In this document: positions 20,949 to 41,630 of the stretch, piece after piece
Numbering within the stretch: position 1 is the first letter of the stretch
How the letters are laid out: each line of letters opens with the position of its first letter
Assembly (NCBI RefSeq): GCF_009914755.1
Contig: NC_060944.1
Direction: 5' to 3' (one strand)
Length of the DNA stretch: 64,000 bases
DNA from: the human T2T-CHM13v2.0 reference genome, Homo sapiens
Position numbers and translations under genes: made by a program
The notes under the pieces: model-generated
Database searches by the model: none
Told to the model about the DNA's origin: nothing
Seen by the model: only the letters and a program-made list of their open reading frames with translations

Positions 20949-21109
20949 CTGTGGAAGGAAGTCGGGTGCCGTCACCTGCACCTCAAGCACCCTTCCCTTG
21001 GCAGCTCTGGGCAGCGTCTGCTCTGGTCCTTGTAAAAACAGCCAACCAATGGCCAGCGACCACAAGAGAAAATACATATCCTATCTCCTACTTCTTCCAT
21101 AATAAGCTC

Positions 21110-21545
21110 TGGGGTCAAAAAGCTCAGAGTTCAAATCCTCACTCCGCCACTCCCCCTGAGTGGGATCCCCAGCTAGTTTCTTGGACTTGTCAAGCTTTAG
21201 TGTCTGTAAAACGTGGAGAAACGCAGACTTCGCAAGCTTGCTGTAAAGATTCAATGGGGAGATAGAACGGGGATGAGCACAGGTTGACCAGCATTCCGAG
21301 CCGTCTGGCCAGGCATCGCCAGCACCTTCTCAGGACCCAAACCACCTGAGTGCAGGTCCAGGCTCTGCCACGTAATAGCTTTGTGCCCTGAGAGTTGCCT
21401 ATCCTCTCTGAGCCTCAGTTTCCTCGTGTGTAAAAGTGGAGATAGGAACAGCACTGACCCTGTAGAGATGTTGTGACAATTAAAGAGCTGATTCGTGCGC
21501 AGAGTTCAGAACAGGACTGATCGATCCAGGCAAGCACTAAGTCAT
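21110..21545 (+). mobile_element. Two MIR fragments
   Basis: gagttcaaatcc..ctccgccact; ctctctgagcctcagtttcctc.tgtgtaaaa.tggagata. Confidence 0.65.
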
Positions 21546-22041
21546 TACGGGCTGGCACATTTCAGAGGTGTATCTTTCAGTCTGACATACAGATCCGTGC
21601 AAGTAGTCAGCTGTATACTCCATCAGATACAGAACATACCCCATTCACTGCCACTGCAGTTCAGTCTTTGAGAACTATTAATGTAGAACACTCATAATTT
21701 TGGTTTGTTTGTTTGTTTTTTCAAGAAAAAAAGAGCATGTCAGGGGCCCTACTCCATAATGCTCTGTTTTCACTAAATAGGACACAAGAACGAATTTAAA
21801 GACAAAGCTGCAGTTTTTCAAAGGCTGTTTTAATCTAGTGCCTTTTATCTCCTGTCCTGATTACATATTAGTATAAAATTTTACTTGTACTTTAATTCTA
21901 TTCATAATGAAATACGTTGCAGCATCCTCAAAGGAATACGAATGTAAATTTTTCATGTATTCAAAAACCTCCGATCATGCCAGATAAGGGAAAAACAGCC
22001 TTATTTCCTCAGAACAGCTTAAATAACAAAAATTAAAACTA

Positions 22042-22330
<289 letters not shown>

Positions 22331-22938
22331 CTAAGGCAATTTTAGTAGACTCATAGGGTGGGCAGGCAATGACAGCTGCCACCCTAGGGAACAACTGCAA
22401 GGAGTTAAGGGCCTTGTAGGAGACTTCAGAGATTCCCACCCCACAAACTCAGGCTACAATAAATAAATCAATAGGTGCTATAGGCAAGGTCCCCTGACTC
22501 ATGAACAAAGGGCAGAAAAGACGCCCACCTCTCCCCAGTTTCTGTACTGCCCCCATCATGACACATCTGCTGGTATCAGCTTAGAAGAGAAAGGATTTCT
22601 GTTTACTTCTACATGGTAGAGACACTTCCTCGTCCCAACTCCTGAGGTTGAGCTTAACACAGCCGGGAGAGGAAATCCAAAGCCACTGTATGCGTGACTT
22701 TACCAGCTGTGAGTCAGCCGGTGTTCCACAAACTGTATTTTTTAATGATCACAATCTATTGACTTTTAAAACACCAACAACACTGTTTAAAAAGCACGGT
22801 CTATTTAAAAAGATGCTTTTGATTTGCCTCCATGGCTCCAAAATGATAATCTACTTTGTGACATTTTCAAATGATTATTTTGCCAAATTACCACTGAAAG
22901 GTTAATGGTTATTTTCCAAATTGATCTCAGATGTTTAC

Positions 22939-22990
22939 CGTTTTTTTCTGATGTCCTCAGGAAGATCATGTCGGCAGGGACCCGCTGGTT
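22939..22990 (-). CDS. ATP9A: ATP9A exon 6 (52 bp): NQRVPADMIFLRTSEKN(G)
   Basis: Acceptor ACACAG|AAC, donor ACG|GTAAAC; PAD motif. Too short for the ORF track; found by frame continuity. Confidence 0.96.
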
Positions 22991-24081
22991 CTGTGTTATG
23001 AAAAGAAAGACTGTTACTGTGAATGAATGACCGTGTGCTGTGCGGTGGGGAGGGGGGCTTCCGCCCCCACCCCCAACCCCTCGGTGGGTTGGGGCAGGGG
23101 GGACTGAAACTCACAGACTCTTTTACGTTTCTGCCTTTGTCAAAGACAGATTTGGGGATTTATTTTGTTTTGAATCTGAAAAATCTTGCACACTGCTGCT
23201 ACTTTACTAATCCCCTATCAAAATCTTATCTTGGAAAGAGAGCTTCTAGTTTTCTGGCACATTCAACCATTACCTCCCAAAATCCCAAAAGCCTGCCTCC
23301 CCAGCTGGCTCTCTTCCAGGCTGTCTGCTGAGACTCAAGACAGACCCTCCTCTCTCGCTTTCTGCTTCTACCAACTTACCAGCTTGATGTTTGGCTTTTA
23401 GTGGATTTTAATAAGGAAGGAAAGTAGTAAGAAGCAACAAAAGCCATTCTAAAAAAAACTGGGGGGTGTGGGGAGCCAGTAGCCCCCATTTAATTATGAA
23501 CAGAAAAGTATGTGATAACATAGATGGGGGTTGTGTGGTTCTTCTGAGCTGCCACCCAAAAGAGTTTCACTTTACCTTAAAGCAGCTTTGAGTTCTTGGA
23601 TTTAATCCCTTTAAAAGAGCATAGCTCAATTTCTACAGAAACAAGTTAAGACACAACCCTTTTCTAATCAAATATTATTCCAAGCCTCTCCAGAGCCACC
23701 CCTCAAAATCCAATACCTTCCAAATATACACACTAGAAAAAGACATGAGTGTTTGCTAAAGTAGCAAACATACTGACACGGCTATTTTTTAAAATGTATT
23801 TTTGGTCTTTTTACTGTTCTCAGGTTACACTTAACCCCTGCTCCCCATAAAATAATAGACAAGCACAATGGTTAGGTCAGGAAATGCAAGCTAAAATGGC
23901 TCAAAGGGTAAATTAGATAAATATTTTAAGTGTCTATGTAGTAAGCAGACTTCTAGGAAAAACTTTATGATATTTTTTATCCCAAAATAATAAGCACATC
24001 GAACAGGAAATCAAAACTTGTACTTGTGTTTGTAAGCAGGATTTCTGGCTAACCAACGCATATAAACCTTGAAAAAATATT

Positions 24082-24128
24082 TGTGTGTGTGTGTGTCTGT
24101 GTGTGTGTGTGTGTCTGTCTGTCTGTCT
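24082..24128. repeat. Compound (TG)n/(TGTC)n microsatellite
   Basis: Seen directly. Confidence 0.92.
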
Positions 24129-24271
24129 CACAGGAAAGAGATTTTTCTCCCCAGGCAAAGTTTTTGGATAGAATCCCAAAATTCAACATTCACTTCGTCT
24201 ACCAGATACACAAATGACACATTAGGACCCATGAAGTGGTATCCACACACAAGCTTCCAGATTCTGCTCAC

Positions 24272-24330
24272 CTTTTCAACGATGATAAGGTCTCCAACTT
24301 GTATGTTAGAACTCTTCACCTTCACTGTGC
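24272..24330 (-). CDS. ATP9A: ATP9A exon 5 (59 bp): (G)TVKVKSSNIQVGDLIIVEK
   Basis: Acceptor TTGCAG|GC, donor AAG|GTGAGC; VGD motif of the actuator domain. Confidence 0.96.
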
Positions 24331-24596
24331 CTGCAAAGCAGCAGGTTCAAGATACATCACTATCTTAATTCATTTCAATTCAACACGTCTTTACAGAGTG
24401 CCCAGCCTGCAAACACACAATACACCCAGAAGTACACGCTCCCACACACAGCTGCCAGTGACTCCAGCACCATTATTTCCTGCCTCTCCAGGAAAGGGTT
24501 CAACCGCTGCAGAGGCCGTTGCAGAAATAAATGCCCACTTCACAGGGCACTGGAATAACTTCAGCCCTTCATGAAAGATCATTTATTTGCCTTCAG

Positions 24597-24708
24597 AGTG
24601 ACTTAGATGGAAAGTAGTGGGGGGAAAAAAGTCTTAATTTTCAACACCACTTAACAGTGACTTAGATGCAAAGTACCAGGGGAAAAAAGTCTTAATTTTC
24701 AACACCAC
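24597..24708. repeat. Tandem duplication, period 59 bp, two copies
   Basis: agtgacttagatg.aaagta...ggggaaaaaagtcttaattttcaacaccac occurs twice. Confidence 0.92.
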
Positions 24709-25088
24709 CAAAAAGAAAGAAGCTAACTAATTCCAAATGACTGATTTACTTTTTAATTTATAATTGCTACATGCTTTGATTTATAGGATTATGATCAGAC
24801 TATATAATTTTTGCTGGATGTTTAGATAAACAGTAAAAGCTAACATTAAATGCTAATTCTGTGCTCAGCACTGTACAGATTTTGAAGGTTTCATTTAATC
24901 TTCACAATAGCCCTCAGAAGAAGGTAGTTCCATCTCCAGCTTTCAGACGAGGAAAGGAGACTCAGGATGTCCCACCTTCCCCCAAAGTCTCAGAGTTAGA
25001 ACAGGTCAGTGCTGGGATTCACACCTGCATCTGACTCCACAGTACAGAATAAAAGCAGTGAGTTCCATTCAACCCAAAAAACATGACT

Positions 25089-27792
<2,704 letters not shown>

Positions 27793-28732
27793 AAAGGAAA
27801 AATGAACACAGACCTGTCGTTTTTCTGGGAGCTCAGGAATGTATTACTTGAAGGAAGACCGTAAATTCAACGTGGCCCTCAGCGCCAATGAACTTTTCCT
27901 TCACCTGAGCTTGCCCCAACTTTCCCAAACATAAATTTACACATTGTCTTTGGTTTTATTACTAAAATTTATGCTGCTGACCTGGCCCAAATGATCACAC
28001 CCGGGTTCAGATCTTCAAGCTCTAGTTACAGGTTCCCTCTTAAAATCTAACTCATAGAAGAGCATGTGTTTTCATTCTTATTAAATAATAATTGCCTATG
28101 TATATGTGTGTACATTAGCAGGACAGAGGACAAAATCAGGGAGATTTCACTAAAAGGATCAGCAGGGCTTTCTCTGGCACATATATTTTCCAAATTTTTC
28201 ACATGAATTGTTTTTCCATTAAGCGTAAGGTTGCTTTCCTAAGAAGAAAAAAATAATAATTAAAATTAGCTCAAATTTTTAAGTGACCAGACCCAGATTT
28301 TTCCCTTCTGCAAGTGAGTGCTGATTTATGATCCATTCATTTGAACTCTGCCTCTCTCTGTCCATCTGTTCTGCCTCAACAAAAACCCCTTTAATCCTCT
28401 GTGTTTGCAAAGCAGTTTCTGAGTAACCCCAGCAGGCCAATCCTTCATGCAAACACACCTACTGTACCCAACTGTCCATCAGCCAACAGGGCTCTTGCTC
28501 CACCTCTAAGGGAGGAAGCAAGGAGCCACACCATCATGAGGTCACTTGGGATTTTTAGCCACGGTCATTCATTAGCATTGCAGTGTTTTGAGGGGATGAG
28601 CCTCGGATCTGCAGCTTGAACAAACACAGATTCCCAGACTCTCCCCTTCTGTTGAGCTACTGCAGAGTGCTGTCAATTTGGACTTCTTGCCCCATGTTGT
28701 CTTTTCTTTTGGTGATCAAAAACACGTAGTTT

Positions 28733-29158
28733 GGCTGGGCACAGTGGCTCCCAATCCTAGCACTTTGGGAGGCCGAGGCGGGTGGATTGCTTGAGCCCAG
28801 GAGTTTGAGACCAGCCCGGGCCGCATGGCAAAACCCTGTCTCTATTTTTTAAAAAAGTTAAATTAGGCCAGGCGTGGTGGCTCACGCCTGTAATCCCAGC
28901 ACTTTGGGAGGCCGAGGCAGGTGGATCATGAGGTCAGGCGTTCGATACCAGCCTGGCCAACATAGTGAAACCCTGTCTCCACTAAAAATATATAAAATTA
29001 GCCGGGCGTGGTGGCAGGCGCCTGTAATCCCAGCTACTTAGGAGGCTGAGGCAGGAGAATCGCTTGAACCTGCAAAGGCGGAGGCTGCAGTGAGCCAAGA
29101 CCGTGCCACAGCCCGGGTGACAGTGCAAGACTCTGTCTCAAAAAAAAAAAAAAAAAAA
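28733..29158 (+). mobile_element. Alu monomer plus AluS
   Basis: Alu consensus. Confidence 0.9.
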
Positions 29159-29201
29159 TTAAATATCTATAGATACATAGTTTGGGCCTTCATGCTTCAT
29201 G

Positions 29202-29211
29202 GTGTGTGTGT

Positions 29212-29252
<41 letters not shown>
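29202..29252. repeat. (TG)n microsatellite
   Basis: About 19 uninterrupted units plus a short upstream run. Confidence 0.95.
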
Positions 29253-29253
<1 letters not shown>

Positions 29254-31333
29254 ATGTAATGAGAGAAAATACAAATAAAACCAGAATGAAAAGGAGAAAA
29301 AGCAGCAAGAAGAAAAGAGATAAAAAAGCAGATACTGTTATTTACATTCCCATATTTACTGGGAGTTTTCCACCAGCCAGGCCCTAGGCTTGGCTGTCAG
29401 TATTTGACTAAAATGTCCCTCTCCAAGGAGCTCTCAAGTTGGTAGGGAGAAAGAGGGAGAGAAAAGAGAGACCAAAGTTAGAAGTGAGGAATCACTGGGC
29501 ATTCAGTGGTCAGAACTGACTCCCAGAATGAAAAAATCGGTAAGGGTGTGGAAAGGGCCCAAAACACATGATTTCTAACTTCACAGCAACCACTATTCTG
29601 AGTCTTCTACGAACATTGTTGCAAAAAAGGGGAAGAACAAGATACGGAGAAGTAACCTAACAGAAGGGTTCTTGTCTTCCTAAGAAAGTAACAGCAGAAA
29701 GAAAAAATAGCACATTGATAGCAATTATTACCAATCTCAAAAAAGGGCAGGAACTCTCCCTACAATTGATCTGACAGAAAAGAAAATGCCCTCCTAACAG
29801 GCCTCCGGCAGGCACACTTCCCAAGCGCTCCTTGGTTTTTTTGTTGTTGTTGTTTTGTTTTGGTCTCATCTTCCCCAGAGACTCCTAAGATGGAAAAAGG
29901 ACCAATACACTCCCAGCTTGGGCGATGCTTCACTGTTAATGTCTTAAAATTCTTGGTCAGTTTTGTGTTTTTTTAAACTCAAGATCTAACCACCTGATCT
30001 TAATACTTTTTGAACAACCCCACCTCCCACCACAATTTTCATTTTTCACTGGGTCCCACAAATTATGTAGCTGGTCCAGAAGGGAAGTAAAAACACCCAA
30101 TAATATCTTCTTATAAAGTGCACAGGAAAACCTGGCCCTGTCCTAAGAACCGAGGCCACAGAACTCTGAACTTTTCCTGTAACACCCCATCTCCAATATC
30201 GAGGCTCCAAGATTTTTAAACGCATTTGCAGAAATTCTACAAAGGTAAGAGATTTTTGCAAAAGTTAAGCGGAAAATTCTCTGCCTGCCACATCCTAAAT
30301 CATTAAAAGTCTTCTAATAAATCTATCCCTTTCAGCTTTCGCCACTTCACCCAAGTCGTCTCTCAATCAGAGTTTGTAACGGGGAACAAATTTCCAATTA
30401 TTAGAGCTGTTTATTTCTGTAGCGATGGACCCCCAAGCCTTTCATAAGCAAACCTATTGAGCCCAAACCATGCCTTTCATGGATGACAGCTTCAGAATAA
30501 GAGCAGTTTGTCTACATTGCAGGGAGAAACCAGATGTTTCCCTTGAGTCGAAACAAGCAAATGACAATTCAGTCAAACTGCAGAATAGCCTACCAAAAAA
30601 ATTTTTTTTAATAAATTCCAGGGCAGTAATATGTGTGGGCCTATTTTTTGACCCTGAACACCTCCATCTATACTTGTATTTTTCATTGTTCATGCAGGGC
30701 ACTGATTGCTTTTGTAGATCTCTAACAACAATCTCCATGCACTAACCCTGGTTAATGTATTACTCTTTAACTCACACTCTAATCTAACTGTGACAGTGAT
30801 GAGTTGTAAATTCTGCTTCATGTGTACATTTCCTGAGGTTGACATTAAAACGCCTCTGCAGACCCAGCAGAGTTCAGAGGTTTAAAGTTGAAATTTTCAT
30901 ATTCAAATAGAGTTGTCTGCATTCCCCAAAGCCAAAGAAAAGACTGTTATTTGAAAACAGGCAAAGAGTTGAAAGGATTATTATAAATAATCACTACCAC
31001 TTCCTGGGGCTTTTGTTTAAATAGTGGGAACTTAAAAAAAAAAAAAAAAAAGGCTGCAGTTTAAATGTAACAAGTTTATACCCAACAGTGGCTTTTAAAA
31101 TAAATATATAAATGGTCTTGCCGGTTTATGGTGCCCAGAAATGATGAAGTAGACGAACACCCTTACAGGGGGGAAATAAATACCTTTTGGGAATAACAGT
31201 GCAATTTGCAAGTTTGAGTTTCTGGTGTTTTGTTGTTTTTTTTTTTAATTAAACAATAGATCAGTTCACCAATGACTTGTACTAAAATGAAATTGAGTAC
31301 TTTGAAAGGAAAATCTGAACTTTGTGGATCTTA

Positions 31334-31663
<330 letters not shown>

Positions 31664-33328
31664 TTATATCTGTACCAGGCAGTATGAAAAAGTATTCAGC
31701 AAAATCTGTTATAAGTAAGATTCACTTGTACCTGCTGATGCTCTGAATCTCAGACAAGGGAAATTTGGGAAGGGAATTCTTTGCTCACTGAATTGTCTTT
31801 GAGGTCCTTAGTGAAGGATCTTTGCAGCAGTTTTGCTGCAGTAACATTGAAAAGTCTATCCATACCATTCTCTTCTTTAAAAAAAAATCATAATGCATAT
31901 CTTAGTGTTCTCCATGTCTGGACAGAGCTTATACTTTGAAACATAAGTAGTACTTGGGTTTAGGAATATAAAGTTTCAATTTAATTATTAGCTAAACAAT
32001 TCCCCATTAATGAATGCACCTTCCCTACATTATTATACCTTCTGATTAACCACAATGACATACAACTCCAAAAAAGAAAAAGGTGCATTCTTAGGTCTTG
32101 AAATTTAAGTCACATTAATTGCAATCCTAGATAATGGTACAACATGGGTTTTGTGCTACACTGAAAAATTTGTTGTCTCTTGTTACTCAAGAGATCCTTG
32201 AGGTTACAGGTGATTCTGTAAATGAGAAAGAGTAAGCAGAGAGCATCACTCAACTATCTAGAAAGAAGTGGAAAAGGAAAGATATCAGGTCGATTTTTTA
32301 TACCACATATGTAGGAGAAAGCTGAAGATACGCAAAAGAGCATAGATCTTTGGCTTATGACTTATGGTCAGCCTGCCCAGATGTCCCCAGCAGGAAAGAA
32401 GCATCAGCAATTGTGTTAATTATGCCTCTGTTTGCACTTCTTTCAAGGCTAATTGTCCGCTTGCTTCATTTAGTCCTTGATCAGAAGTTAGTCTGGGAAA
32501 GCATTCCTGGTATGAACACCCATGGAATTCATCTTGTGAAAATGCAAATCCCATTTTCCTCACCACCTGTGATAATCGAGGCAACCCCCCACCCCCATTA
32601 AACTTTTGGTTTGGGGAAGGCAAGTATAAAGAGAAATAATTCCTTCACTAATTATTCTTTTCCAATCCAACCCAATTCTCTTGAGTAACAAAACTAAGTT
32701 TTGCTGGGTCTGCTACATCTCCAAGATCTTCTCCTTTCTGGCTTTATTTCCAGTGCCACTGAATGCTATTAATTTAGGAAGACAGCTCTATAATTAAAAC
32801 CATAAAAACTCATAAAGGTCTAAGAACTGCTCTTAAGTCTCTGATGTTTAAATGTGAATTTGTAAGTAGGAGGAAAGGGATGCTTGTTTATCCAAAAGCA
32901 CTACCCCATGTGGTTTTCAACAGTTTGTTCATCTGACAATGAGGAGGCTAGATTGATAGGTTTCTTTGGACTCAGAGATGTGTTTTAAAATGACTCAAAT
33001 CTTAAAAGCACCCCTGTAGCATATGTATTAAGGCTGAACGCTGTAGCAGTTGTTGAGATATTATATGCAAAAGTGCTGAGCTCACCTCCTGGCACATAGT
33101 AGGTAACTTGACTTAAAGGCTAAGGTTTTACATGCAAACAAGCCTGGGTTCACATTCCAGCTCTGCCTTTTGCTAGCTCATCATCCAAGACAGGATGCTT
33201 TTCCTCTATTTTGTTATAGGGGCCTCAGCCATGAACCTAGCAATGAGTGAGAGAAAGAAATGTTTTCCTTCCCTACATCCACACCCATAAAAGCTACCTT
33301 CACAGGGCTATCTAGAAGACTACAGACT

Positions 33329-33629
<301 letters not shown>

Positions 33630-33969
33630 TTAAACCTTATCTAGCACCTGGCTAGCTGATGGCAGGTAGCCTTTCTTCATTTTTTCTCCTGCTTCCTAAT
33701 TTGAACAGCAGTTTTTCAAACAGCTCAGTGCCACCTTTTTCCTATAGCATGCCTGTACTGTATATGAATTCTTCAAACACAGAATCAACCCTTCCATAGC
33801 CTCAGGTTCTCACTGGCCTGTGTGGTCTTCTCTGGAGAGGCTCAGGAAACTTCGCCTAATTGGGAACAGCAAGCTGCTGTTGGAACCTGGGGTTCTGTAG
33901 CCTGCCACCCCAGCCGTCACAGGCTGCAGCTTTGCATTCGACTTGATGCTCTTTTTGGAGAACTCTTTA

Positions 33970-34131
33970 CCAGGGCATGCCATCTGGGTCCTGGCCTGAG
34001 TTCCATGTTCAGGTGGGTCCCGTACTTGGTTTAATGCCCTGCTGTTGCCATCTTGAGATTCTTAATAATTTCTGAATAAGGGTCCCACATGTTCATTTGC
34101 ATTGGGTCCCACAAATCATGTAGCCAGTCCT
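33970..34131. mobile_element. MER53-like hAT element
   Basis: ggtttaatgc.ctgctgttgccatcttga.attcttaataattt...gtagccagtcctg. Confidence 0.6.
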
Positions 34132-34729
34132 GCTCTCTTCCCTCCTCTAAGACTCAAGATGAAGGTCACCTCTTCTGGAAAGACATCACCGGATTCTCTC
34201 TGATGGACTCCCATCACCCCTGGCTCATACCTCCATTAATCCACCCACTGACACTTAAGAAATGCCTGCTTCAATACCATCCACACTGGCCTCTCTCCAC
34301 CATGCCAAGTCCCAAGGCACAGTGCTGAGCTCTTCCCATGCAAGAGCTTCACTTACAGCAACCCTCTAAGGTAGGTGCTATTATTTTCCCTGATGTAGAT
34401 TCATTTACTGAGAACTTAAAGGATCTACCCAGGTGGAAGCAGGACTCCTGAACCCTGGCAGAGCAAGTTTGGAGCCACTACTTTCAACTCCTGGGAACGA
34501 TGCTCAGAACCGAGAATGCAGTGGCCAGAAAAGGGACATTCCTTATGAGGATCACCACACTTATTCCACTTTTTGTAACTATCTGTCTACAGGCCTGAAC
34601 GCCTCACTGGATTATAACTTCCTGGGACCCCAGGCTCTCACGTTCATCTCTGTGATGCAGAAACCTAGCATAGACTTGGTACATGATGAAGTCTCAACTG
34701 TGTTTGTGTGTGTGTGTGTGTAGCGTGTA

Positions 34730-37173
<2,444 letters not shown>

Positions 37174-38656
37174 TCATGTGATAGAAAGAAAACAGTCCAT
37201 CATGAATATACTCATACATACTTATTTCATTTTGCTTTGGAACTTACTAAGTGAAGATGGTGAAGTTTTTGCTCAAGGAAATATTATGAAGGAATTCGAC
37301 AGGAAAGTCAAAAAAGGCTTCTTTTTCTCCCTCTTCCCTGCAATCTCCCAGTTTAGGTTTGCTACTCTGGCCCTCCCCCCAAAAGCGTATCAAATAACTA
37401 AACTCGCCTCGATCACTTTCCAAGCTGACAGTTTCTTCAGTGTTTTGCTGGGCTTTCACAACAAACTGCAGCGCTAGGGTCTGGGTTAATATTCAGAACT
37501 GTGTTCTGTTTTCCCTAGAGTGGGATTGGCATAACAATGGACACCAGGGGCCGCAAAGAGAGACCCACAAAGGAAGACAAGTTTTTAATGCTAGAGCCAT
37601 CTGCCAATTCTCCTTAGGACTTTCTCAAGAGCTGAGTGAAGTTGAAGCAAGAGCTGGGAAGGGGTGTGCAGTGGAGGGCAGAAAAATCATTCACGGGAAA
37701 AGCAATTGCAATATGAAAAGAACCAAAGGAGGGTCGAAGCCCAGATGGATGAATGAATGGAATCCGAAGGCCTCTTCTCTTGAGCTCTGAAGAGATCCAC
37801 CGCACTCTCTCCGATGGGGCTTTTGTTGGTTGCCAAGCGTTTTAAATGTTATAGTAAGAATATGTTATTAAGGGAGGATTTAATATACACGAACCACACA
37901 CAAAAAAAGCCCTCCAGAAGGGTCTTCTGACTACTCACGCAGAAAGCCCAAGCCACCTGCCTCTGCAAAGATTACACTGATTCTTTTTCTTTTGGTAGCA
38001 ACATGTCCTAAATACAGTAGTTTAGCATGAATAAAGCATTTCTTTACCAACTCTAAATTCCCCCTTCTCCCAGAGATGTGCATATTTTTAAGACCACCAA
38101 CCACGACAATGTATTCAAATACCCTAAAACAAAGTATTTTCATACCCTTGGGAAATATAATTAAAATCTGCATTTTTTTTTAGCCCAAAACATACACCTT
38201 TGACATTTTTCCCAAAAGGAAAACTCTACTGAAAACCCCGAAGGAACCATGGATGGACTGCTTCCTTGGAAGCATAAAGCACTTAAACAGCAGTTCAGAC
38301 CTTGGCTCAGGTGCTAAGTCCCTTGGCATCTAACCATCTTATCTCTTTCCAAATTCTCAATTTCCTGAAGGCAAGGCATAGCCTTTATTCCCCTCCACCT
38401 CTTTAAACAGCATTAATCCCTGAATGGGATCAGTCATCTTAGGGGACAATCGAATAGACTTTCCTTGGCCAGATTAGCAAACTTTAGGTAACATTCTCTC
38501 ATTTCTGAATGCAACCTTACAGTAAATCTATTGTAGTCAGACACAGACATCAACAATGGCTGGGTTGTTTTGTGGCTTTTCCACCGTGTGTTTCAGTGGG
38601 TTTTTAAGTTCTAGCATTTAAAATGCACATATCTTGCAGGGGGGGTCAGTGATTAA

Positions 38657-39221
<565 letters not shown>

Positions 39222-39813
39222 AAAACTTCAATTTTTTGTTTTTGAGCCCAATACATATAACTCTGACATACACAACTGGTCATTTATTTTTGGATCAGAC
39301 TCCATGCTCTGCAGGCCTCAATTTCCAGGATTTATAAAATGCCTTCAAAGAAATCTTCATGGATGCAGTTATTTATCTAAATCGGTTGCCTTTCTAAAAA
39401 CTAAAGTAGCAACAGTTTAATCACTGCCAAAAGAGTATCTTTGAAAACAGTTTGCAGCCTCTCATTTGAACAGCAGAGGCGCCCTACTTCCCTCTTCAGC
39501 CAGGCGGCAGAACGGGAAAGGGATTAGCCAGCTGGGATGCCAGCACACAAAATGTAATTCCAGGTTTATGACACATAAGTTATTTGACAAGACCAACACC
39601 AAGAGGCCTGTGGATGCTGCCAGGGCCTGGTGGGACCCCGTCAACCTGTCATCCAGGGCAGATGGAGGCCTCCCTGGTGCTGGAGTAACCAAGCGACTGT
39701 TCCGCCACGTGGCATTCCCACACCCGCGGCCCGGGCCTTGAACTCTTCTCCCCTGACTGTCAGCGGCCCGTGATTGAGCTGCAACCCTGTGGCCCAGGAG
39801 CCAGAAGGCTGAC

Positions 39814-39922
39814 CTCGTGCTGTGAGCCGGCTGTAGACCTGGGAGTTGACTTCCTTGTCCCGCACGTAGCATCGGATCTCCTCCACCGCCTCACGGATGA
39901 CAGTGACGGCCAGCACGAAGCC
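39814..39922 (-). CDS. ATP9A: ATP9A exon 4 (109 bp): [36 protein letters not shown](G)
   Basis: Acceptor CTGCAG|GGC, donor CGAG|GTCAGC; D..VN motif after TM2. Confidence 0.97.
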
Positions 39923-40259
39923 CTGCAGAGACAGACGACAGTGAGTCTTGCTACAGGCAGTGAGCCCTGCTGCAGCCAACCGTCCCCTCCTGGTGCCAGG
40001 GGCAGGAAAGGCGAGAGGTCACTTGGGAGGGCAGGGGGGCAGGACCTGTGAGTTATTCCAAATGCACACGCCGCTGCAAGCCCCCTCTCTGAATCTGTCT
40101 TAGGGAACATGCACTCCCAAACACAACCTGTAGAAACACTACCCTAGAGAAACACTCACTGCCACACACACACAAGCACGTCCACATTCACCACCTCAGG
40201 GTGAGGGTGACACACACAGGAATACTCAAACTGTCCCTCCACAAGCAAACGATGGTGAC

Positions 40260-40475
40260 TACTAATACTGTCTCTCACCCACCATGTGCTGGGCAGTATT
40301 GGAAGTGCACTTCATCCTCATAACAACCCTGAGATATGCTCCTATAACTGAGATCCCCATGCAGATGAGGAAACTGAGGCACAGAGAGGCTGAGTAATCT
40401 TGCCCAAAGACATAAAGCTACTAAGTGATAAATGGGAACTGCAATGTAGGAAATCTTAATCTTTACTGCCACTGT
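40260..40475 (-). mobile_element. MIR
   Basis: cagatgaggaaactgaggcacagagagg.t.agtaa.ttgccca. Confidence 0.75.
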
Positions 40476-40713
40476 ATCTAGAGAAACTTAGGTGGATGGA
40501 GCCAGTAAGAGGGACCACCAGGCAACAGTTAAACAGAATAAGATACATCCATTGCATTCACAGAGCCAAGTGGAAAAAATCCATCTTTCAGGACATACAC
40601 TGCAACCCCATTCATATAAATAGCAACAAAGATTCTATACAATTAAATGTTTTCCAATTTCCTTAACTACAGGTTAGATTTCTCTGCCGGGAAGGAGACT
40701 AGAATTAGGATAG

Positions 40714-41630
<917 letters not shown>

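Noticed and set aside
31140-31320. ATGATGA resembling a snoRNA C box
   Set aside because: On the non-host strand; the nearest CTGA is about 170 nt away and there is no terminal stem.
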